Source: the human T2T-CHM13v2.0 reference genome, Homo sapiens
Direction: 5' to 3' (one strand)
Assembly (NCBI RefSeq): GCF_009914755.1
Contig: NC_060947.1
Length of the DNA stretch: 64,000 nucleotides
The position numbers and the translations under genes were made by a program. The notes beneath the pieces are model-generated. The model saw only the letters and a program-made list of their open reading frames with translations, ran no database searches and was not told where the DNA came from. Each line of letters begins with the position of its first letter. The stretch's first letter is position 1. This document shows positions 55,901 to 64,000 of the stretch, piece by piece.

Positions 55901-58253
55901 TGAATTAAAGTTTTTTATATCACACACACAACACATATAAATACAGATACAGAAGAAGATCCAGTACTTGTAAGAGTTTTCATTTGCCAGCTTCCTAATT
56001 GGATTTTTGGCTTCAGGGTGGAACCTTTGGAGGAACAGGGCCAGGAAAGCATGCAGTTTCTGCAGCCTAATAGGCAGGCACAACTGGAAGGCAAAACTGA
56101 TCTCTAGAAATTAAGGGTCCTGTAGTTATACCAGATTCTGGATCCCAAAAAGAGGGAATCAGACCATCTCCCATTGGAGCCTTATATCTCATTGTGGGGT
56201 GGGGACATTTCCATACTTTTCTGGTAGTCAAGAGCATGCTTCTCTGATCCAAATGTGCACAGAGCTGAGTATCTCCCCATAACTGCCATTAGCAATCCCC
56301 AAAACTATATTTCCTACCTAGTTACCACACACCAAAGTTCTCTCATAATTTGAAGTAATTTCTGATACTCACAAAACTCAAAAAAGGTCAGATAATGCAA
56401 TGCAAAACAGAACAAAGCCTTATATTTTGAAAGGAATCTATCCACTTCCAATTCCTGGAGTTTCATGAGGAAAACAGAGGTGCTGTTTTTTTCCCCCAAA
56501 ACTGGGTCTGTGATGCCTCCTCTGTTTTTCCCAAGGAGTCCAAGTCTGTGAGAGCTTGAATATCTGGTTTTAATTAAACTGACTTTTAGCTATAGCACTC
56601 TTTATAAAAGTCTTTTTAAATTTCTTATTACCCTACTTTAGCCAGGCCAAAAGGTATTTATTTCTGTGCTCAGAGAAATAAAAGTTCAAGACAGATTGTT
56701 GAGGGGAAGAGAATAAACAAATGGTAAGGGTCACACAGGTATCAAACCAGAAAGGTCTCATTCCCTAAGACAGGAATTGAACCCTTAACTTGGGCGACCA
56801 CTGTGGTGGTGGAGACCAAGAGAAAGTACTGCCACGTGGTCACAACGTCAAGCTCCCAAAGACGTGACTGACCAGTTTGCTGGGCCATCTTAATCAACAA
56901 GCTTACATGTGTCCTAGGCCCACATTCTATCCTAAGGTACCACTCTTTATGACAGAACAATAAAGGAAGACACACAAAGCACACCAGATTCACTACAGCT
57001 TAAGACTAGCATCACAAATGCTTTTTTCCACTAATCAAAATTCTACAGAGGAGAAAAACAGTGTTTTTTACCATTTATTTAACCAGTTTGCACAGAGAGA
57101 GGGCCAGAAGTCTGACTGGCAAAAAATTCTTACCCTTTTGTTAGCATGCCAGGCTCTGGGTTCCCTTTCCCTTATTGGGCCTAGTGACCTGACTTTTTGC
57201 ACTATAGCCTTGGGGGACAAGCTGCAACACAAAGGAAAATTATCTTTTTCCATTCTGGCCAGAGCAAAACACATGTGACAAAACGTAGACATTAGCCACT
57301 CTGCTTAGCACCCAATATCAAACTGGCGAGGCTCAAAGTTGCCCCAGGTTGGGCCTCATCATCGTTAATTCAACCTCTGGGAATTTCAACATGGGGTCAA
57401 TGGGCAAGAAGGTCGCCCTGAGTAATAGAAAATATAATAAAGGGAAAGGAGAGAAAGAGAGAGACAAAAGCATTGTCTGTAGCAGGGTGGGGAAGGTGAG
57501 GCACTCAGGTCAGAGAAATACCCACCCATTGCAGTGATGCTGAATCAAAAGTTCAGGCAGCTGCTTGTGGGTCATGAAAGGATCTTTTCTGGCAGCCCCA
57601 TCGGCTCTCAAGTGTTCTCTTTTGGGGAGAGAAAAAATCTCCCCATGTCCGGTGATCCTGTACATGGCTAATCCTGTCACCCATAGCTGTCAGCAGAGTG
57701 TAAGACAGATTAATCCAAAGAGAAGAGCAGTTAGCATCCCATAGTGCCAAACCTGTTCTTCGCTGAGGGGAACTTTACTGAGAGGGACCTCCAACCCCCT
57801 AAATCTTAGGAGGGACTTTAACCTTGGGCCTTGAATCCATGTTTGGTCAAGCATCCTTGCCTTTTATTAAGAGAGGCCTTTAACCCTCTCTGTCTTAGGA
57901 GAGACTCTAACTCCCCTAAGTTAGGCCTCTAATCCAATCCCATCCTCTACCTGGGTACCCCAACACTTACTTAAAGTTGGCCATCAGTGCTGCAGTCTAT
58001 TTCCTTTGGGTTGGGATGGTCTCCTCATTACTGTCCCTTCAGCATTCACCAGAAAGTTGTTACACAAAAGGGGTCCGATTCCAGACCCCAAGAGAGGGTT
58101 CTTGGATCTTGCACAAGAAAGAATTTGAGACCAGTCCATAGAGCAAAGTAAAAACAAGTTTATTAAGAAAGTAAGGAAATAAAAGAATGGCTACTCCATA
58201 GGCAGAAAACCCCAAGGGCTACTGGTTGATCATTTTTATAGTTAATTCTTGAT
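52954..58253 (-). mobile_element. MER41 (ERV1) provirus: 3' LTR 52954-53502, internal 53503-58057, truncated 5' LTR 58058-58253
   Basis: The LTR on the minus strand begins TGTCAGAGGTGTTTGAACCAGAGCAACTCCATCTT (MER41B-like). PPT complement ttttccccatctctttt. PBS-like TGGTGA next to the second LTR. No long ORF. Confidence 0.87.
53140..53148. promoter_or_regulatory. GAS/STAT motif TTCCAGGAA in the MER41 LTR
   Basis: Exact TTCNNNGAA at the known MER41B STAT1 site position. The partner site at 53161-53169 is degenerate (TTCCCAGAG). Function untested. Confidence 0.5.
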
Positions 58254-58298
58254 TTTGGAGTCTGTCATTAATTTTGGGGAAATCTTGGTTATTGTTAC

Positions 58299-58920
58299 TG
58301 AGAGGTGAAGTCAGATGAGCTTCTGGGTCGGATGGGGACTTGGAGAACTTTTGTGTCTAGCTAAAGGATTGTAAATGCACCAATCAGCACTCTGTAAAAT
58401 GGGCCAATCAGCACTCTGTAAAACGGACCAACCAGTAGGGCATGGGCAGGGCCAAATAAGGGAATAAAAGCTGGCCTCCCAAGCCAGCAGTGGCAACCCG
58501 CTCGGGTCCCCTTCCACACTGTGGAAGCTTTGTTCTTTTGCTCTTCACCATAAATCTTGCTGCTTCTCACTCTTTGGGTCCGCACTACCTTTAAGAGCTG
58601 TACCACTCACTGCGAAGGTCTGCGGCTTCACTCCTGAAGTCAGTGAGACAAGGAACCCACCAAGAGGAACAAACAACTCCGGACGCGCCACCTTTAAGAG
58701 CCGTAACACTCACTGCGAAGGTCTGCGGCTTCACTCCTGAAGTCAAGCAAGACCATGAACCAACCGGAAGGAAGAAACTCTGGACACATCTGAACATCTG
58801 AAGGAACCAACTCTGGACACACCATCTTTAAAAACTGTAACACTCACCGCAAGGGTCTGTGGTTTCATTCTTGAAGTCAGCGAGACCAAGAACCCACCGG
58901 AAGGAACCAATCCCGACACA
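58299..58920 (+). mobile_element. LTR12 (ERV9) solo LTR, short form
   Basis: TGAGAGGTGAAG start, ccaatcagcactctgtaaaa repeats, three actcac(t/c)gc..ggtctg(c/t)gg..ttca..gaagtca units. TSD TTAC at 58295-58298 and 58921-58924. Confidence 0.94.
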
Positions 58921-58979
58921 TTACTTCAAATATATATATTTTTATTATCTGTTATCTCTCTTCTTTACATCTGGGTTTT

Positions 58980-59483
58980 TGTATGCTCCTGGCCAACAGA
59001 CAAAATAGACTCCCCATGGCTAACTGAGGACATTCAAGACAGCCATCACAGCACCTCCGTTTCTATAATCAGGCCAAACCAGTTTCTGTTTTTACTGCCA
59101 AGATAAATTACAGCCAGAATTTTCTTCCTCCTCCTTGCTATTTGAAAGAAACATCTGAAAGAGGCTTCCGGTTTGGGGCTTGAAAACCACCCAATCAGGG
59201 CTCGACTATTTTGGTCATTCATAACTGAACAAGTTTGAATCCTTTATTTGCATAAATGAACCTGATTGAGAACAAGGCAAGAACTTTCCTTATTTAAGCC
59301 AGACCTCTCTTTCTTCTTCAGAGAGCACATTTTCATTTTTAATGATGGCTGTGCCTCCTCAATCTTCAGACTGTTTTTTTCTCCTATGTACAACTCCTTT
59401 GTTGTTTTTCTCGTTTCTTTTTTAATTTAGAAAGTAAAGTTCTCCTTTATTCCTCTGCAAATCTCATGATCTTCTTGTTAACA
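58980..59483 (+). mobile_element. Probable ERV1 (MER4-group) LTR
   Basis: TG..TTAACA ends, acaaaatagactccccatggctaactgagg, ccaatc, TATTTAAG and agtaaa signals. No TSD found. Confidence 0.55.
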
Positions 59484-59520
59484 CAACATTTCTGTAATGT
59501 ATTGTCATGATCCCCCAACA

Positions 59521-59557
59521 AACACAAACACACACGCGCGCACACACACACACACAC
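59521..59557. repeat. (CA)n/(CG)n compound microsatellite
   Basis: acacacacgcgcgcacacacacacacac. Confidence 0.85.
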
Positions 59558-59559
59558 TT

Positions 59560-60980
59560 TTTTCTCTCTGTGTTTTGATTTGGGTAATTTTACTTGATCT
59601 ATCTTCAAGTTCATGAGTGCTTTCCTCATTTATATTCAAGTTATCAATGAGCTTGTTGAAAGCACTCTGATATTTCATGTCATCTACTTTTATCATTAGA
59701 GACAAACATTTCATTATTACTTTAAATATGTTCTGTGAAATAATGTCAGCATCTTTGTCATACCTGAGTCTTGTTTTAATAATTGTCATACTACTTGAAA
59801 GGGTGTTTTTCTTCCTTTTTAATATTTCTTATAATTTTTGTGAAAGCCAGGCATGTTAGAAAGGGCAGTAAATAATGAGCTAAATATTTTTTATACTTAA
59901 TGATGAACACACATTTTCTTCAGCTAGACCTTTGTTGTTGAAGTTTGTGTTAGTATAGTCAGGAGTGAGCTGGTGTTGTTAAGGTTATGCCAGCTGCATC
60001 TTTGGCTGTATATTCCTCCAGTGATATGTTGTGTTTAAAAGGTTGAGTAGTTTTACCAGAAGTTATTTTGGCAATGTCTGCTTCTATTTGGGTTTTGGTT
60101 CTGTGTCTTTTCTTTTGTTGTTGTTGTTGTACCCCAGAGAAAACCTGTCTCTTGTAGCTCTTCAAGTTGTATTTTACTCTTATTTTCACTCAACACTTGT
60201 TAACTTGGTAGTGGGTGGTGACATAATGAGGCATTATCTGATGTTCTGATTAAGCCTTGGTTTTAGGCATGCACTCTGTCACTGGATCTCGGGGACATGG
60301 CCTTCAAAATTGCTGCTGTCTACTTTCTATTTCTAGTCCTGGGCCCAGTATATAGTCTTGCCCCTCCACCAGGGGTGTAGCTAATTCTTCTCTTCTGTTT
60401 CTTCACCATTGAGTCAAGGTGACAGTTTTGTTGCTTGTCCAATATAGATTAAGGTAGTTATCCTCCCCAATATAGATTAGGGAACATAGGGGATGTGGGT
60501 TGTGCAGAATTTTGCCAGTGGCTGTTCTGTCCCTCTTCTAACCCATAGCCAAGAGGTGAAACTTTTTAGTATCGTGACAATCTTTTCTGTGAGCATCTGG
60601 TGGAATTTTTGGAAGAAAAGCCTAAAAGAGGGTGTGCAGCCTCCTATATTTGGAAACTTCAGGGGCTTCACACTTTCAAGCCCTTAGCCTTTAGCAATTA
60701 GTCCACATTCACCCTTTAGCAATTCATTAATTTTTTAGCTTGATTTTATTACTGGTGTATACGATACCTGGTAGTATCACCAGTAAGCGAATACTCAGGT
60801 TTTGTTTCTCCCTGAAAGCTCATGTTATTTTACAAGATTTCTTATTAGTTAATTGCCCTGTGACTGCAATTCTCCTATGGGTTTAATAAAGGAATTAATT
60901 TGCAGTTCATCTAAGTTTTCCTAGGTACCGACATTCTTCCCAGATCTGTATATCTTTGAGCTTAAATCGGAAGTCTCAAA
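59560..60980 (-). mobile_element. Old L1M ORF1 and 5' region fragment
   Basis: Minus-strand coiled-coil remnant (..EESTHELEDRSSKITQ..) in ORF 59505..59789. Confidence 0.6.
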
Positions 60981-61039
60981 TCATGTACTTTTGATGATGC
61001 TAGCATATTTTTATTCTTCTTAAACAATCTCAAAAGTTG

Positions 61040-62250
61040 GAGTTACCATGTAAATAATTTTCTTACTGAAAAATTTGAGTCTAAGTTGGCAAAATGGTTC
61101 TCCAGTATCCCAGATGCTTTAATGTTTGTTTCCTACAAGAAGAGGGAGGATTCTCTGTAGTACCATAACATAAACATCAAAGTTAGGAAATTACTAGTAA
61201 TAGTTTTTATTATGCTCTTTTCCAATTAAAATTTCTCAACTTATTCAAATAGTGTCCTTTATATCAAAAGAATACAGTTCATAATCACACATTACCTTTA
61301 GTTTTCATGTCTTTTGGTCTTCACTCTAAAATAGTTCTCTAGCCTTTCTTTGAATTTCATGACTTCAACACTTTTGAAGATTAAAAACAAGTCATCTTGG
61401 AGAATTCCTTCAATTTGAAACTGTTTGGTTATTTCTTCTGGTTAGTTATTTAGTTTCAGGTTATGAGTCTTTGATATGATATCACAGAGTGAGGCTATAT
61501 TCTTCCCATTGCATTCTGTCAGCTGGTGTGTGATTTAGATTTTTCCCATTATTGATGGTAACTGATCAGTTGATTAAAGGGCTGTCTGCCAGTATTCACC
61601 AATGTAAAATTAATCTTTTCAGCTTTGCAATTAATAATAAATGTTTTATGAGGGAATACTTTGCAAACTACATAAATATCCTATTTCTCATCAAAATTCC
61701 CATTTATTAATTTATTTAGTTTTATCTCTGAGGACTCGTGGTTCTCAATTTGATGCAATGGGTTATAATTTATCATTGCCATTATTTATTTTGATGCTCA
61801 AATTTTCCCCAGTTTGGCCAATGAAGGTCCACTTTATATGTCATTTTAATATGTCCCGATATTCTTTGAGCTCTCCTTTGCTTCCCGGCACGAGAAATTT
61901 TAGATGCATCTTGTATTTTTCCTCTTTATCCCCAAAATGAGCAATTTCTCCCACAGAACCCTGGTCCCATTAGTGGAGAATAGTATTTAAAAGCATAGAT
62001 TTAGGTAGTCAGTATACTCACTGTTATGGGAGCATCATCCACCTACACATATGCGCATCCAAATATATATCAATTAGTTTTTATTAACCTTTATATATTA
62101 AAACCAATGAGTTTATACTAATATCTCTAATTCCACACTAATGGTACTTGTTGCATTGTAGTTTTTTTTTTCTATATTTTTAATTGTCTTCTCTGACAAT
62201 GGAAACTCAGTCTCCCATTATTCTTAATATATTTACTTGCTATGTGCTAT
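61040..62250 (-). mobile_element. Old L1MC/ME 3'UTR fragment
   Basis: ttcatgacttcaacacttttgaaga, tatttattttgatgctcaaatt, atcttgtattttt.. resemble L1MC4/5 3' ends. Confidence 0.6.
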
Positions 62251-63013
62251 ACAAAGCAGTAGGAGGCACTATCTTTTCATTCAATAAATTAAAATATAGT
62301 TGTGACAATAAGACATATGAAAAGTCTCCCATTCTCTGTCCACTTTTATTCTCTGCAACCCACGTGGATGCCCTTCTCACTATACTTGGGCTCTGACTCC
62401 CCATGGTAGCTCACACGTCTGTGCAGAATCTTTGTCAACCTATTTAGGCTAATCTTCATGCCCTACTGTCCCTTTCTGAGCATGGTCACTCTACTCACTA
62501 CTGTCAGGCTCTGACACTTCAAGCAAGGCTCCCTGTGTGCAGGAACTCCCTCCTCATGTTGCTGGGGCTCTCAGATCCCACCTATGTCCCTGAAGCACTT
62601 ATCCCTGGTGCAGTCTCCTACCTTTCTCTGCTATGCATACTGACTAGGACCGAAATGGTCAGGAAATGAAGGGAAAATTGAAGGTCTTACTTATATATGT
62701 AAATGTATTGTTAACTCTTGTGTTCAACTTTTCATAAGTCTTTTTTGTCACAATTATATTGAAATTCTTTAATTGAAAATAATGTGTCTCATACTTCTTT
62801 GTGTAATAAATAAACAATTATGCATAGCAGGGCTCAGTTAACATGTATTGGTTTTGTTTTTTTTAGTCTATGCTGCTCTTATTCGTTCATTATTTTTCTC
62901 ATTTATTAAATAAATTATATGCTATAGGTGTGTATATTATGTGTGTGTGTGTATGAGTTTATGAACTAATGAAATATAAGAAAACGAAAAAGGTTGTTAT
63001 AAAAAATGATGGC

Positions 63014-63328
<315 letters not shown>

Positions 63329-63477
63329 TCATTTGGGTAGTCATTTACTTTAATGACCTGTTTATAATAGACTACTAAAAACAAAATTCGTAGCTTCTAC
63401 ATGAGTATTTTAAATGTACTTAAAGTAACTCTATGTAATATGAAATATTTTAGGAATAAAAAATAAATTTGAAGTCC

Positions 63478-64000
63478 TCAGGGACTTTTGATTTCAGCTC
63501 CAACATGTAAAATTTAGAGTCTTCACTTCAGTCTTTACAGGAGAAAGTTTAATCAGCTGGAATTCAATAACTTTGCTTGGCCCTATCACAGAACTAAGGT
63601 CCCAGGACAAACTGCCAACTTGAAATCTAGGGAGTTAGATGGCCCCTAAGAGACAAACTGTGTCTGGGTAATTGGGAGGAAAGCTGCTGGAGCCATAAAC
63701 TCTTAGGGGCAGTTATATGGTAATTTTACTGAATTGTTGAAAACTAAGTATAGATTAGAATAAAAATTAGAATCTTTTGAGGGGCCACATTTTTAGGGCC
63801 CCCGAACTTTCACAGGCCTTACCTACAAGAACTAGAACAGGTTAACAAGGAGAAGATATGAGAAATATCCCCTAATAGCTTTGGCATGAGGAGAGAAAAA
63901 TAATCATCTTGGAATAAACCCAAAGCCTTCTTCTCCATGACAAAGGCATACTCTCCAGAGAGAAATACATTGCCAGAACCTTATACCAACTGGGGCAAGG
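63478..64000 (+). mobile_element. Probable old L1M 5' region
   Basis: ttcagctccaacatgtaaaa.., caggacaaactgcc.., gctgctggagccataaact resemble L1M 5' ends. Confidence 0.45.

Noticed and set aside
58378-58885. Short spaced repeats superficially like a CRISPR array
   Set aside because: These are intrinsic LTR12 U3 and U5 tandem units in eukaryotic DNA, with no unique spacers or cas genes.
60439-60479. Short direct repeats (CCAATATAGATTA x2; similar 9-12 bp duplications at ~40985, ~46673 and ~47935)
   Set aside because: Ordinary slippage duplications inside decayed repeats.

Overview
This is AT-rich primate (human-like) non-coding DNA, made mostly of interspersed repeats. I find no supportable protein-coding gene, RNA gene or CRISPR array; the listed ORFs are chance frames or decayed L1, MaLR and Alu frames. 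MaLR content: a THE1 solo LTR, three two-LTR THE1 elements with TSDs, two truncated MST elements and an MLT1A-like LTR. L1 content: a full-length ~7.6-kb L1MA-type element with a TSD, a near-full-length L1PA15/16-like element carrying a younger L1PA, and an inverted L1. ERV content: a MER41 provirus, an LTR12 solo LTR and other ERV LTRs. There are also seven Alus, MIR and L2 fragments, microsatellites and two local tandem duplications (61 bp and 305 bp). The most unusual structure is an ~870-bp patch at 5967-6835. In it, three 28S rRNA fragments in scrambled order and a HERV-L 3' end are joined, mostly through microhomologies, and replace part of an L1 3' region. I see no evidence of a new gene-encoded biological system. 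Family and subfamily names come from recalled consensus sequences, not from a database search. Boundaries without TSDs are approximate.
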